64,000 nt of DNA from a virus (taxonomy: Duplodnaviria > Caudoviricetes), in the IMG/VR virus record IMGVR_UViG_3300042350_003801; one strand, 5' to 3'. The position numbers and the translations under genes are program-made. Shown one piece after another: positions 20,064-30,253 of this stretch. Within the stretch, counting starts at the first letter, position 1. Every line of letters starts with the position of its first letter. The notes under the pieces are model-generated. The model was not told the origin of the DNA. It searched no databases and worked only from the letters and a program-made list of their open reading frames with translations.

Positions 20064-20234
20064 TTATTTCTGTTTGGCCTTTTCCTCTTCCTCTTGAAGA
20101 TGGTTTTGTAACAGGGTTGAATAAATCTCACGCTCATATGGAATCATATTTTCAATAAATTCAGGACTCCATTTATGAAACTGCCAGAGGGCAAAAATCA
20201 ATTTATAATAAGTCTCAAGGTTATTATACATCAT
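20064..20234 (-). CDS. Baseplate hub assembly catalyst (gp51-like)
   Basis: My translation: MMYNNLETYYKLIFALWQFHKWSPEFIENMIPYEREIYSTLLQNHLQEEEEKAKQK (56 aa); start overlaps the gp26 stop. Not in the ORF track. Confidence 0.85.
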   Translation of the reverse strand: MMYNNLETYYKLIFALWQFHKWSPEFIENMIPYEREIYSTLLQNHLQEEEEKAKQK

Positions 20235-20953
20235 TACGATGCGAAAAAAGATGATAACCCTTCTAGAGTAACAGTGCTTTTAACTTCAGTTTTTGGATTT
20301 GTAATCTCAATTTCGTGAGATAGTTTGGGCATAGTCTCAAAGAACTTCTCAATGCTCTTGAATAGTGAACTATTCATTTGCTCAAGGAAATCCTTCCACT
20401 CTTGTTTAGTACAATCGGAGAAGGCATAAACTTCGTCTTTATCATAAAGTTTATCAATACAATCAACAATTAGGTCAAAAGATTGCTCAGTAGTAATTCC
20501 TTCAAGATCAAAGTTGTTTCTAATAAACTGGTCAAGAGAAGGATACCTGAGTTCAAGAATCATTGAATCGTTGATTTTAATCTTGTTTGAATGTTCAGGA
20601 TTCTTTTTAACCTTAATATCTTCAAGGTCAATTTTGATTTTGACTTCAGTTTCTTCATCGTCTGGACAGAACACCGTTACCTCAACTTCTTCACCAACGG
20701 ACTTTGCGCGAATGTTAAGGAATAGAAACTCAATATCAAAAGTTGGTAGATTTTCTACTTTGATTCCTTTTGTAAGAATGCAATTGGTTAGAATGGTTTT
20801 AATTGCGGTGGTAATCTCTTTATTATCACCAGATTCAAGGGCAAGAAGAAGAAGTTTTTCTTCCTTCACAAGAAATGGTCTAAATTTAATTGCCTTCTCA
20901 GTTGAAGGAAGAATCAGTTCATAAGTGGGAGTAACTAAAAGGGGTAAAGGCAT
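20234..20953 (-). CDS. Baseplate hub subunit (gp26-like)
   Basis: MPLP...PTYEL.LPS...IKFRPFLVKEEK.LL.A.E, FDIEFLFLNIRAKSVGE; CTAAATA late promoter at 20978-20984. Confidence 0.92.
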   Translation of the reverse strand: MPLPLLVTPTYELILPSTEKAIKFRPFLVKEEKLLLLALESGDNKEITTAIKTILTNCILTKGIKVENLPTFDIEFLFLNIRAKSVGEEVEVTVFCPDDEETEVKIKIDLEDIKVKKNPEHSNKIKINDSMILELRYPSLDQFIRNNFDLEGITTEQSFDLIVDCIDKLYDKDEVYAFSDCTKQEWKDFLEQMNSSLFKSIEKFFETMPKLSHEIEITNPKTEVKSTVTLEGLSSFFAS

Positions 20954-20976
20954 AACAAATTAATGGTGTTGTTGAG

Positions 20977-21675
20977 TTATTTAGTACCGTTTCCGACGAT
21001 TCTTGAGCGAACATAACGAATATATGTAAAGTTTACTATACATTTGAGAACAGTTGAACCCTCATAAGAAACTGGCAATGAATCAATAGAAATTGGATAT
21101 GCCTTAACAAAGTTATAATCCATTCTTGTTGCATTAAGAGATGGAGTTCCGGCATTTTTACCAGTATTAATAACCTGACCCATATTCCGCTCAAACTTTG
21201 AAATTGCAATCGTGCCCGCATAATCGTTTCTAAAATTCATTCTATAAGAAGCATTATCGGATAAATATTTTTCTTGACTATCTTCATTTACAATATAATT
21301 CATCCAACCTTCTAAAAACTCAATAATACCGTAATCTTGGTCAACATAAAATGTAAATGAAGATTGGTCATCGTATTGCCTACGATAAACCATCTTCTCA
21401 GTTGCACCAGTGAAGTCACCGGTTACTTCATTTGTAAATAGTGAACTTCCAGGGAGAGTGGCTTCGCTGCAGAGTAATGATAAATCATCCAATATTCCTT
21501 GGCTGAAGCCCTCATATCTATTTACATTTCCAACAAAAGACATTACTTTAGGAGGAGGCTGTATTTTTACCGCAAAATGAGACGTTAAAGCGGGTTGGAG
21601 AAGTTTAAGTTTAAGATTATCAATAGTTTTAAAGTTAACGTCTGGTTTAACTATATTAATGGGCATAAATAACAC
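20977..21675 (-). CDS. Baseplate tail-tube initiator (gp54/gp19 fold)
   Basis: LLCSEATLPG, RQYDD..FTFYVD, AYPISIDS, VNFTY motifs. Confidence 0.75.
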   Translation of the reverse strand: MLFMPINIVKPDVNFKTIDNLKLKLLQPALTSHFAVKIQPPPKVMSFVGNVNRYEGFSQGILDDLSLLCSEATLPGSSLFTNEVTGDFTGATEKMVYRRQYDDQSSFTFYVDQDYGIIEFLEGWMNYIVNEDSQEKYLSDNASYRMNFRNDYAGTIAISKFERNMGQVINTGKNAGTPSLNATRMDYNFVKAYPISIDSLPVSYEGSTVLKCIVNFTYIRYVRSRIVGNGTK

Positions 21676-22147
21676 TAAACGCTATCTATTATTTAGAGTG
21701 GCCGAAAAGAACTACGTTCAAAACTTCTTTACACCATCTAATCCTCAAAAATATATTGGGGATTTGGGTAATATAGTCTATAGAAGTAGTTACGAACTCC
21801 GGTCATTTAGATGGTGCGATTCAAATCCTTCTATTTTAGAATGGAGCAGTGAATCTATTATTATAAAGTATTTTGACCCAACAACACAAAAGATAAGAAG
21901 ATATTTTCCAGATTTGTATGTAAAACTCCAACAACAAACTGGAGAGGTTAAACGTTATATTCTTGAAATCAAACCTAAAAGACAAACAATTCCACCAAAT
22001 CCATCACCAAAAAAGAAGACCAGAACATATCTTACTGAAGTTAAAACATATGCAAAGAATAAAGCAAAATGGAACGCGGCGGAAAACTTCTGCAAAGATA
22101 ATGGCATCATTTTTAAACTTGTTACTGAGGATGAACTAGGCATATGA
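21659..22147 (+). CDS. Head completion nuclease (gp4-like); true start probably GTG at about 21698
   Basis: NPQKYIGD..NIVYRSSYE, WSSE.I.I.Y, RYFPD, EIKP, N.AKW.AA..FC motifs; ATAAATA at 21665-21671. Confidence 0.92.
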   Translation: MGINNTKRYLLFRVAEKNYVQNFFTPSNPQKYIGDLGNIVYRSSYELRSFRWCDSNPSILEWSSESIIIKYFDPTTQKIRRYFPDLYVKLQQQTGEVKRYILEIKPKRQTIPPNPSPKKKTRTYLTEVKTYAKNKAKWNAAENFCKDNGIIFKLVTEDELGI

Positions 22148-22749
22148 AATTTCCAATTCAACTTAATTCTATTGCAAAAGCCGCTCTTGGCACAATGCAA
22201 AGTCTTAAGGGATTCTTCTCAAGACTTGGAAAAGCAAGTGAAACTAGATTACAGCGAATTTCTGACCAACTTAAAACCTTGGTTGCAAAAGATGAAGCTG
22301 CCGGTATTTATCATCCTTCTCTTTCAATTTTTGAAGTTGACAGACTTAAGAGAGAAAGTGAGGAATTTTATGCAGTCAAAAACTTTGTTGAGAAACTTCC
22401 TCCAGGTTTATCTCCTCCACAATACTTTAATCTTGTTCTGGAACTTTTGAGAAAGTTAGGTAGAGCCGAAGAGGCAATGGATATGCACGGCATTTATACT
22501 TTTAAGTATGTTGCAGTGACTAAAGGAAAGTATTATGATGTGTTTCCTGTTATTATGTTAAACTCAGTAAGTTCAACTTATTATCGTGGATTTAACTTTC
22601 ACTGGGAACGTGCTCCGCAATATGTTGAGAGCGTTATCCGCACTTATAATTTTTCAAGAATACAAAGTAGGTTTTATAGAATTAAACCACACGAATTGGA
22701 ATATTTTCTACAAATTCCCACATTTATGCCGATTTATATACCGGAATAA
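22144..22749 (+). CDS. DNA end protector (gp2-like)
   Basis: YTFKY..YYDVFP....GFNFHW motif; follows gp4. Confidence 0.65.
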   Translation: MKFPIQLNSIAKAALGTMQSLKGFFSRLGKASETRLQRISDQLKTLVAKDEAAGIYHPSLSIFEVDRLKRESEEFYAVKNFVEKLPPGLSPPQYFNLVLELLRKLGRAEEAMDMHGIYTFKYVAVTKGKYYDVFPVIMLNSVSSTYYRGFNFHWERAPQYVESVIRTYNFSRIQSRFYRIKPHELEYFLQIPTFMPIYIPE

Positions 22750-22775
22750 ATAAGGTATACAAATAGCGTTAAATA

Positions 22776-24134
22776 ATGGCCTGTAAAATTATAACTCTTA
22801 CACCTTTTACAAGAAAAATTGAGAGTCCTAACCCAAATTTCGTAAGAGGCGGGCTTGCGGATAAAATTCTTGGGCCAATAAAAGAAGATAAAATTTATAC
22901 AACAGTTATTAATGAGTGTAATGGGAATACTACAGTTTTTGAAATTAATAAAGATAAATCTAAAACTCCAATACTAACAATATCGGGGACAAAAGAAGTC
23001 CAATTTGTTAACAAAGAAACTGATAATATTACCAAAAAAAGTTTAATAGCAAACGTTCAACCTGAGGCATTAAAACAAAGACTTGAGCATATTAAGTCTC
23101 TTCCACCAGATGACATAATAAAAAATGGTCTAACAGATATTGTAGAAACTCCAGAAGATGCACCTCCAGATGCCAAAGCAGAAGGAACAGCAGCAAATAG
23201 AGAAGATTTAGATGTTCTTCAAAATGCGGGAGTTGATAATGCAAATAAAGATATATCACCATTACCAACAAATCTTTATTATCCCGAAAAATATAAACAA
23301 TATAAGCAAGATTATATCAAATTTCAAATTTTAGAATATAAACCTCGTATTTTTACTAAAAATAATTTGGCAAGAAACGAACGATACAAAAATGAAAAAG
23401 GTGAATCAAAGAAAGATAAATTTATAAAATCTACAATAATTTTACCGATTCAAGGTGGAATAACCGATAGCAATACTGTAAATTGGAATGGAGATCCAAT
23501 GAATGCGATTGAACAGGCAGCAGCATTCGCGTCGTTGCAATCTCAGACAAGTATGGATTTAAAAGCAGATTCAAGCACAATGATAGACGCTTTGGGTAAT
23601 TTGGCAAAGGGCGAATCTTCTAATAAAGCAATTAAAAGTTACATCCAATCATACCTTTCTAGAATGGCCGCAAATTCTAGTTCTAATTTCTTTAGCAGAG
23701 GTTTTGGTGCAATTCTGAATCCTAACCTTGAATTACTCTTTCAAACACCAGAACTCCGCTCATTTGGTCTTAGATTTGATTTAACCCCAAGAGATAAGGA
23801 AGAAGCAAAACAGGTTAAACAAATCATAAGAGTGTTCAAACAAACTATGGCACCAAGAAAAGGGGTTGCTGAAATATTTTTAAAAACTCCAATGATTTTT
23901 GATATTACTTACATAAATGGAAAACTTGAAAAAGAACATACCTCAATTAATAAAATCAAGACTTGCGCCCTCAAAATGTTTAATGTTAACTATACTCCAA
24001 ATAATCAGTATATGACATATGATGATGCTGAGGCAACAATGACTGGCTACTCATTGGAAATGCAATTTCAAGAACTTGAACCAGTATTTTACGATGATTA
24101 CATTGGTATGCCATATCAGGAAATCGGGTATTAA
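22776..24134 (+). CDS. Baseplate tail tube cap (gp48-like)
   Basis: ILNPNLELLF..PELRSF...FDLTPR...EA..V..IIR.FK, CAL....VNYTP motifs. Confidence 0.88.
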   Translation: MACKIITLTPFTRKIESPNPNFVRGGLADKILGPIKEDKIYTTVINECNGNTTVFEINKDKSKTPILTISGTKEVQFVNKETDNITKKSLIANVQPEALKQRLEHIKSLPPDDIIKNGLTDIVETPEDAPPDAKAEGTAANREDLDVLQNAGVDNANKDISPLPTNLYYPEKYKQYKQDYIKFQILEYKPRIFTKNNLARNERYKNEKGESKKDKFIKSTIILPIQGGITDSNTVNWNGDPMNAIEQAAAFASLQSQTSMDLKADSSTMIDALGNLAKGESSNKAIKSYIQSYLSRMAANSSSNFFSRGFGAILNPNLELLFQTPELRSFGLRFDLTPRDKEEAKQVKQIIRVFKQTMAPRKGVAEIFLKTPMIFDITYINGKLEKEHTSINKIKTCALKMFNVNYTPNNQYMTYDDAEATMTGYSLEMQFQELEPVFYDDYIGMPYQEIGY

Positions 24135-24137
24135 ACA

Positions 24138-25148
24138 ATGTCTTTCTACTTTCGCTCAGTTCCAAATTTTGAATATGTTAATCCTTTAAGCGATGCATCC
24201 ATTTCCGATTATGTTCAAATTAAGAACCTATTTAAAAAAAGTAAACTTCGGGAGGACATCTTTGGCAGTCTAGTCTACTTCACAAAGTATAATGTCGTTG
24301 GCAACGAAAGACCAGATCAGATTGCCGAGAAATTCTACGATGACCCAACTCTCGATTGGGTAATTCTTTTGTCAAATAACATCCTAGACATAAGAAGTGA
24401 ATGGCCATTGGATAATACCTCATTTGATAAGATGTTACTTGATAAGTATGGCTCTTATGAGAACCTACACGGTGGCATTCATCATTATGAAACAGTAGAA
24501 ATCAAAAACACACTGGGTATTACCTTACTTCCAGCCGGTATAAGACTGAATAAACAGTGGAGAACCAATGGAAACTTTATTGAAGTAAATGTCCAGAAAA
24601 TCAGTCAAATCTTCTGCGGCAATGGTGTAGTTCCTTCATCTACTGCAACGGTTACACTATTAACAGGCGTTCAAGGATTGAAAGTTGGAGATGAAGTAAT
24701 CGTTGCCAATATCTCAGAAAACTTGTTTAATGGAACATTCAAAGTTACAAGTGTTACCATTCCATTTAACGATAACATTACTCGTTCTTTCACTTACCAA
24801 TTGGCAACAACTCCAGGTGTTGCAATTCCAATAATGAGCACAAGTCAACAGGAAGAAATTTCTATTGTTGTTTATGACGGTTCTATTAGTGGAAATACTT
24901 ACTACTTTGAGTATTATGACCAAGGTTTATTAAATCGTCGGTCTTCTACTAGTGTTCTAACTGAAGTTACCAATTATGATTACGAACTGAATCTCAATAA
25001 CAAGAAGAGAGAGATTTATATTCTAAAACCAAACTATCTTGGAATCATTCTTAATGATGCTGAGGCTGCAAGTAGTTATAAAACTGGCGGGGTTCAGTTT
25101 GTCAATGATACCTTAAAGCGGGGAGATAATATTAGGATTTATTCTTGA
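24138..25148 (+). CDS. Baseplate wedge protein (gp53-like)
   Basis: YFRSVPNFEY, ERPDQIAEKFY.D..LDWVILLSN, HHYET motifs. Confidence 0.9.
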   Translation: MSFYFRSVPNFEYVNPLSDASISDYVQIKNLFKKSKLREDIFGSLVYFTKYNVVGNERPDQIAEKFYDDPTLDWVILLSNNILDIRSEWPLDNTSFDKMLLDKYGSYENLHGGIHHYETVEIKNTLGITLLPAGIRLNKQWRTNGNFIEVNVQKISQIFCGNGVVPSSTATVTLLTGVQGLKVGDEVIVANISENLFNGTFKVTSVTIPFNDNITRSFTYQLATTPGVAIPIMSTSQQEEISIVVYDGSISGNTYYFEYYDQGLLNRRSSTSVLTEVTNYDYELNLNNKKREIYILKPNYLGIILNDAEAASSYKTGGVQFVNDTLKRGDNIRIYS

Positions 25149-25717
25149 AGATAAAACCGGTCATTATTTGTATTTTGATTCCTTATTGGTGGGTATTCCG
25201 CATTTATAAAATCAATATATGGTGACTGGAGTGCCTGCCTCTCAATAAGTAAATCTTGAAATGCTTCGTTTAGGGAATATCTTATTGGAAATTCATTTAA
25301 ATAAAAAGCGCGAGGTGGCGACTCGGTGATCGTTTTCATATTGTCAAAATCAAACATTGGAACAAACAATAAGGCATTACCGTCGTTCAATAACGTGTGC
25401 ATACCGATAAGTTCCCAAGTGGCATACGTGACGACATTCGCGTGATACGCGACAGGGGTGAAATACCTGGCGGCATCCCTGGCGGCATTCCAGGCGGCAA
25501 AATAGGCGGCATTACTGGCAGCCACCTTGTCTGCATGGTCTAAAGCGTAATAGCGGTGGTTAACTTCTTCACATTGTTCTTGCGTAGGATTATCAATAAA
25601 CCACCAGAAGTTAATGACGGTTTCGTAGTTTGGTCCTAGAAAATTCTGTGGATTTGTTAGGGCTTCGGGATTTTGAAGTTCGTTGGAGAAGTTTTGATGG
25701 GCTTTAGAATAATGCAT
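25139..25717 (-). CDS. AAWDAA-repeat family protein, copy 1 (few repeats, extended C-terminus)
   Basis: [35 protein letters not shown]-terminus and [14 protein letters not shown]-terminus shared with three paralogs; start placed at MHYS. Confidence 0.8.
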   Translation of the reverse strand: MHYSKAHQNFSNELQNPEALTNPQNFLGPNYETVINFWWFIDNPTQEQCEEVNHRYYALDHADKVAASNAAYFAAWNAARDAARYFTPVAYHANVVTYATWELIGMHTLLNDGNALLFVPMFDFDNMKTITESPPRAFYLNEFPIRYSLNEAFQDLLIERQALQSPYIDFINAEYPPIRNQNTNNDRFYLQE

Positions 25718-25796
25718 AAACTCCGTTGTCTTTCTATAAGAATACCCCATCTGGAGACCAAATGGGGTAAATCGTGGACAGTTTAAAAACCGTCTA

Positions 25797-26744
25797 TCAG
25801 CCGTCTGCTAGGGCCATAAAGCGTTGTAGGTCTTCATCTTCTTCATCTTCGGCAATTGCTGCTTTTGAATTAGAATAAGAAGTCTCAAGTTCAGCAAGAA
25901 TATCCTCTTTTGGATTGAGAAGTTCTTCAAGGTCTTTTTCCTGCTCTTCAACTGAAGGAGCAGACGTTGCTGGACGGGAGTTAGTCACAGCAGAAAGACG
26001 CTTTTCAAGTTCTTCGTAAGACTTGAACTTTTCGGGAGCAACGATTGCTTGTAGTGAGTGTAGTTGTTCATACACAGTTTCAAGTTTATCATCATCACCA
26101 CCCAAAAACTCCGTCTGAGATTCAAATTTGCTGTCATCGTAATTGGGCATACTGCGCTCTTTACCACCAATAATAGTTTTGATGGTTTTAGAAATAAGAC
26201 GGAAGTTAGCACCTTCCCAAAAATCAAAGGGTTGAATAACTGGGTCACCCTCAAATTCGGGCTTCATTGCAGCAACAATCTTGTCAAAGATTTTCTGTCC
26301 GAATCGGAAGATTTTGACAGTCCCTTCTACTGAAGGATCTGCAGGATTGCTCACCACATAAACATTGGCATAATATGAAAGTTTACGTTTCCTGTCGCGG
26401 GCAACGTTCTTATCAGAGTCGTTTCCGCTATTCCAAAGTGCGCTGTTAGAGGTGCAAATCGAGCACTGTTCGCCTAGAGTAGTCGGGCAGTTTTCAATAA
26501 GCCACTTACCATTCACCTGGAAGCCGTGATTATAGAGCCTTACGAATGGGGCGTCTTCACCGCCGGGAGCGGGTAGAAAACGTAGAATTGCACGACCATT
26601 ACCAGCCTTATCCGTTTCAAGTTTGAAAACGTTAAGGTCGTCGGAATATGAACCGCTATTCAGTTTTTCGGCTTCCTTCAGAAGTTTTTCTGTAAGAGCA
26701 CCGATACCTGACTTGCTCTGCTTTTTAAGTTGTTTGAAATCCAT
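25797..26744 (-). CDS. Single-stranded DNA-binding protein (gp32-like)
   Basis: DKAGNG.AILRFLP, IENCPTTLG..C..C, KIFDKI, FDFWEGANF, acidic tail. Confidence 0.95.
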   Translation of the reverse strand: MDFKQLKKQSKSGIGALTEKLLKEAEKLNSGSYSDDLNVFKLETDKAGNGRAILRFLPAPGGEDAPFVRLYNHGFQVNGKWLIENCPTTLGEQCSICTSNSALWNSGNDSDKNVARDRKRKLSYYANVYVVSNPADPSVEGTVKIFRFGQKIFDKIVAAMKPEFEGDPVIQPFDFWEGANFRLISKTIKTIIGGKERSMPNYDDSKFESQTEFLGGDDDKLETVYEQLHSLQAIVAPEKFKSYEELEKRLSAVTNSRPATSAPSVEEQEKDLEELLNPKEDILAELETSYSNSKAAIAEDEEDEDLQRFMALADG

Positions 26745-26822
26745 AGTGCGTTAAATTGCGTTAAATGTTTGTGTTTGCGTTTTGGAAACTTTTTGAAATC
26801 AACGGTTTGCCAACCAATTTAT

Positions 26823-27563
26823 TTAGAAGAGTGTGTCTAGGGCATTTGGAACGGGAGTTTTGTTTATTCTCTCGGAGCCAAGTTTGAAATACTCCCCATC
26901 TAATTCAATACCAATAAATCCTCTTCCCGTCTTCTTTGTCGCAACACCGGTAGTGCCACTACCAAAGCAATTATCTAAAACTACATCGTTTTCATTTGTG
27001 TAGGTCTTAATAAGATATTCCATTAAAGGAACTGGCTTTTGAGTTGGGTGTAATCCCTTTTCCTGTTTAAATTGAAGAACAGTTTTAGGATATCTTGTTC
27101 CTTCTGGGTTATCTCTATGTTTGGAATCTAGGTCACCATACACTTCACCCAACTTCTTCTGTTTTGATTTAAACCCACCATAAGGAGTAGAGATTGTCAT
27201 CTGTGGGTTATACTTCGGCCTCTTTCTATAAAAGACAACGATGTTTTCGTGAGCTTTTAATGGTTGTATCTTGGCAACCATTGGGTTTGTACCCTGTGGC
27301 TTTTCCCATATCCATTCATATCTAAAGTTTTTTAGATTAGATGAAATAAGAGAAGTGGTAAAAGGTTGAGATGCAGTGAATACCATTGCGGCATCTTCTT
27401 TTGCAATCCGGTTGTATTGCTCCCATAGCGGCTCAAATGGAATAAGAATATCAAACTTTGCGGCAGTTATTTCATAAGGAAGGTCAGCAAGAATCATATC
27501 AACTGAATCATCTGGAATAGTCTTCATTATTTCGAGACAGTCACCCTGATAAAGTTCAATCAA
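26823..27563 (-). CDS. DNA N4-C/N6-A methyltransferase (beta class)
   Basis: DMILADLPY catalytic motif N-terminal, HPTQKP, VLDNCFGSGTT SAM-binding motif C-terminal. Confidence 0.93.
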   Translation of the reverse strand: MIELYQGDCLEIMKTIPDDSVDMILADLPYEITAAKFDILIPFEPLWEQYNRIAKEDAAMVFTASQPFTTSLISSNLKNFRYEWIWEKPQGTNPMVAKIQPLKAHENIVVFYRKRPKYNPQMTISTPYGGFKSKQKKLGEVYGDLDSKHRDNPEGTRYPKTVLQFKQEKGLHPTQKPVPLMEYLIKTYTNENDVVLDNCFGSGTTGVATKKTGRGFIGIELDGEYFKLGSERINKTPVPNALDTLF

Positions 27564-28143
27564 TCGTAATTACCTCCGGTTGAATATTTGATACTTCTAG
27601 ATTTATTGTAGTCCAGAGTTGTCCACTTAAAGATTGTTGAATTACGGCTTGGTATCTATCAGTTTTACAGAACCAGCCACTTTGTTTTCCCATCTTTGAA
27701 TATTTCGGTTGCCAGTCGGCCTCTGAGTAGTTGAGAATATTGGTATCAAAAGAGAATAGGTAGTATTCTTTTCTTTCTGCTTTCCTTGTACTTGTTGCAA
27801 GACAGACATATGCATCTTCTTGCTTATCGGAAAAGAACTTTAGCTTTTGCCTAAGAGTTTTATATTCTCCACTTCTTGAACCACTAATTTGTAGGGTATT
27901 GTTGGTTGGGCTATATTTTCCACTCTTATTTGAAATCTTAATGGTTCTTCCTTCAATCGTGCAGATTTGATCTTTTCCTACAGAATGAGAGCGATCTGGC
28001 CTCCAATCTGAATAACCTTCAATATCTTCAATGGACTTTGCAAATATCTCTTCCCAGTATTCGGCAATAACTGGTAGTTCGTAAAGTTTATGGTGTTCTC
28101 TTATTCTATATTCAATTCTGGTTTTTAAATCATTGTCTATCAA
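27556..28143 (-). CDS. Putative PD-(D/E)xK restriction endonuclease
   Basis: EYWEE...D..HSVGKD...ISNKSG pattern compatible with a PD-(D/E)xK core; overlaps the MTase start by 8 nt. Confidence 0.5.
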   Translation of the reverse strand: MIDNDLKTRIEYRIREHHKLYELPVIAEYWEEIFAKSIEDIEGYSDWRPDRSHSVGKDQICTIEGRTIKISNKSGKYSPTNNTLQISGSRSGEYKTLRQKLKFFSDKQEDAYVCLATSTRKAERKEYYLFSFDTNILNYSEADWQPKYSKMGKQSGWFCKTDRYQAVIQQSLSGQLWTTINLEVSNIQPEVITID

Positions 28144-28453
28144 TTTCCTTTCTCATTTCATCAATTAAGTATTGGACGCTATTAAGAGCATCTTGAATTG
28201 TATCCTCGCCAAATAATCTTGAACAATCTTGAATTCTTTGCTTCATTTCTTGGGCTTCTTTATCTTCTGATAGACTCAATCTTGCATAAAATAGATTGAT
28301 TTTATCTAGCATATTCTGAAGAGTATCAACTCTTTCAGACTTCTCTCGTAGACTTAGAGTTGGAAAAATTAAGATATTTTCAGATATAACTGAACCAAGT
28401 TTTGAAATATTTTCAATTTCTTCTTGAACAATAGGAGAATCAAAGAAACTCAT
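28130..28453 (-). CDS. Conserved cyanophage protein (DUF1825-like)
   Basis: MSFFDS.IVQEE...FYARLSLS.D.EA motif; usual position between gp32 and gp59. Confidence 0.7.
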   Translation of the reverse strand: MSFFDSPIVQEEIENISKLGSVISENILIFPTLSLREKSERVDTLQNMLDKINLFYARLSLSEDKEAQEMKQRIQDCSRLFGEDTIQDALNSVQYLIDEMRKEIDRQ

Positions 28454-29040
28454 TGAATGTATTTGCGTATTATGTTCTTGTATTTAGAGGAATCAAAATC
28501 AAGAAATGGTGCAAACTTTTCAATTTTATTGCTAACTAATGTCCATATTGGGTCTTGCAATGCCTCATCATATTTTTCCTTCAAATTCAAAATCTCAACA
28601 AAGAGAAAGAAGGTTTCAAATTTTATTGAGTTGTTAAGGTAACTTCTTAGAAGTTTTGGATGCTTTGAGCTATCTACCTTAACAACTTCAAATAAGTGTT
28701 GTGACTCCGTTAATTTTTTAAGATCTTGCTCAAAGATATAAGATAGAGATTCTCTAATTCTTTTACTCTCTAGGTAAATTTTTTCCCCATTTTTTATAAT
28801 ATCTCCCACCCAAAGAGAGGATGGATTATCTGATGCAACAAAGTTAGAAACAAAGAAATCTACAATCTCCTGGGGCTTTTTCTTTCTACTCAGTCGTTCA
28901 AAAAACAACCGGTCTTTACTCTTTTTGAATGTTTCGGGGGAGCATTTAATCTTTCCTTGATACTTAAAAAAGTCGTATGAAGGTGTAGAAAAATGCCTCT
29001 TTATTGCCAAATATTTTACATAAGTCTCATAAGGATTCAC
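28450..29040 (-). CDS. Helicase loader (gp59-like)
   Basis: YVKYLAIKRHF...YDFFKY.GK, D..FFE.LSRK, FFVSNF motifs. Confidence 0.9.
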   Translation of the reverse strand: MNPYETYVKYLAIKRHFSTPSYDFFKYQGKIKCSPETFKKSKDRLFFERLSRKKKPQEIVDFFVSNFVASDNPSSLWVGDIIKNGEKIYLESKRIRESLSYIFEQDLKKLTESQHLFEVVKVDSSKHPKLLRSYLNNSIKFETFFLFVEILNLKEKYDEALQDPIWTLVSNKIEKFAPFLDFDSSKYKNIIRKYIQ

Positions 29041-29240
29041 GGGTTTTTAATAATTTCGGGTATAATATATGTTTGAAAATACTCTTCAAATTTTTTCTTC
29101 AATTCACGGTCTTCAATTCTCTGGGAAAATCCTAAAACCTCTTTTGTTGCTAACCAGTAGATTGTTCCATTATTATCTTTAGTTCTCGTTAGACTAGAGT
29201 AACCTAGGCCAGTAAAATGATAAGAACTTCTAATTATCAT
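29037..29240 (-). CDS. Hypothetical protein
   Basis: 67-aa ORF overlapping both neighbours by 4 nt. Confidence 0.55.
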   Translation of the reverse strand: MIIRSSYHFTGLGYSSLTRTKDNNGTIYWLATKEVLGFSQRIEDRELKKKFEEYFQTYIIPEIIKNP

Positions 29241-29500
29241 AAAGGTAGCCTTGCCTTTGATGTTCGCTTCAAGAAGTTCAGTTTGATTGCATCTCCTTGA
29301 ATTCTATCTTTGAGGGTCTTTGAAATTAGTTTTGTAATCGACTCAATATCAATGCTATTGACCTCACAATATTCAGTGATTGCGGTAATATAATTCAAGT
29401 CATCCCTTTTAGAGACAAGAATCTCTATCTCTTTGGCAAACTTGTCTGGACAGAGAAACTTTTTTTCTAGTTCTTTTTGTAGTTCTTCAGAGGCATTCAT
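29237..29500 (-). CDS. Late promoter transcription coactivator (gp33-like)
   Basis: FAKEIE..V....NYITAI..YCE.N.ID.E...KLISK.LK..I..DA..LNFLK..S.A.LP. Confidence 0.9.
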   Translation of the reverse strand: MNASEELQKELEKKFLCPDKFAKEIEILVSKRDDLNYITAITEYCEVNSIDIESITKLISKTLKDRIQGDAIKLNFLKRTSKARLPL

Positions 29501-30204
29501 TGATTATCGGTGATAAATTTGTTGATATATTTTCTAAGAAGTTTGACATATTTTTGAAGGTCTTTCTCGATGTAAACCTCAACTTCTCCGTTTTGACAAG
29601 ACATAATAATCACAAGTTGTTTTGGCATTACACCAAATCGTTCAGCATACATATAGGCATATGAAAAACACTGAACAAAATAACCTTCAATCCACTCTAA
29701 TTTTTTGGGCTCCACAGAAGTCTTATGGTCAATAACACTAAGAACTCCATCAAACTCTGCAATCATATCTGGAGTTCCAGCAAGTTCCCAATCAAAAGAA
29801 TAAAGAGGAACCTCAATTGTATGAATCTTTCCAATTCTATTGAAGGTAGAAAGAGCATTGTTGAATAAAAACTTAGCGAGGGCAGACTTTTCAGGAATGT
29901 CTTCGTTTTTAAAGTATGACTCAGAAAGAGCGTGATATTGAGTTCCTAGGGTTGTTGCAAACTTGATGACACGTTTTGCCTCATCTTCACCAACTCTTTC
30001 TCTCCATTCGGCAATCTTCTCTTTAGAGTAATTAGAAGTAACTGATGTAACGGAGATAAAAGTTTTATAGTCTTCAAAATCTGGAACTTTATAATACCGG
30101 TTGCCGTCTAGCGTCACTCTTTCTATTTTTGGGATATTTAAATCTAGATGTTCAAATAACGGACGTTTGATTTTATTTATTTTTTGTTTTAGGGTGATAC
30201 CCAT
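29497..30204 (-). CDS. PD-(D/E)xK exonuclease (cyanophage exonuclease, Cas4-like fold)
   Basis: SVTSV, W..RVGE.EA, GT.YH, AGT.D..AEFDG..SVID.KTS. Confidence 0.88.
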   Translation of the reverse strand: MGITLKQKINKIKRPLFEHLDLNIPKIERVTLDGNRYYKVPDFEDYKTFISVTSVTSNYSKEKIAEWRERVGEDEAKRVIKFATTLGTQYHALSESYFKNEDIPEKSALAKFLFNNALSTFNRIGKIHTIEVPLYSFDWELAGTPDMIAEFDGVLSVIDHKTSVEPKKLEWIEGYFVQCFSYAYMYAERFGVMPKQLVIIMSCQNGEVEVYIEKDLQKYVKLLRKYINKFITDNQ

Positions 30205-30253
30205 TTTTCCTCGCTCTGGAGTGGTAACACCCTAGCACATCTTCTCGAATTTG

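Noticed and set aside
29497-30204. Cas4-like nuclease as evidence of a CRISPR system
   Set aside because: It is the standard cyanophage exonuclease in core synteny next to gp33 and phoH, with no array or other cas genes.
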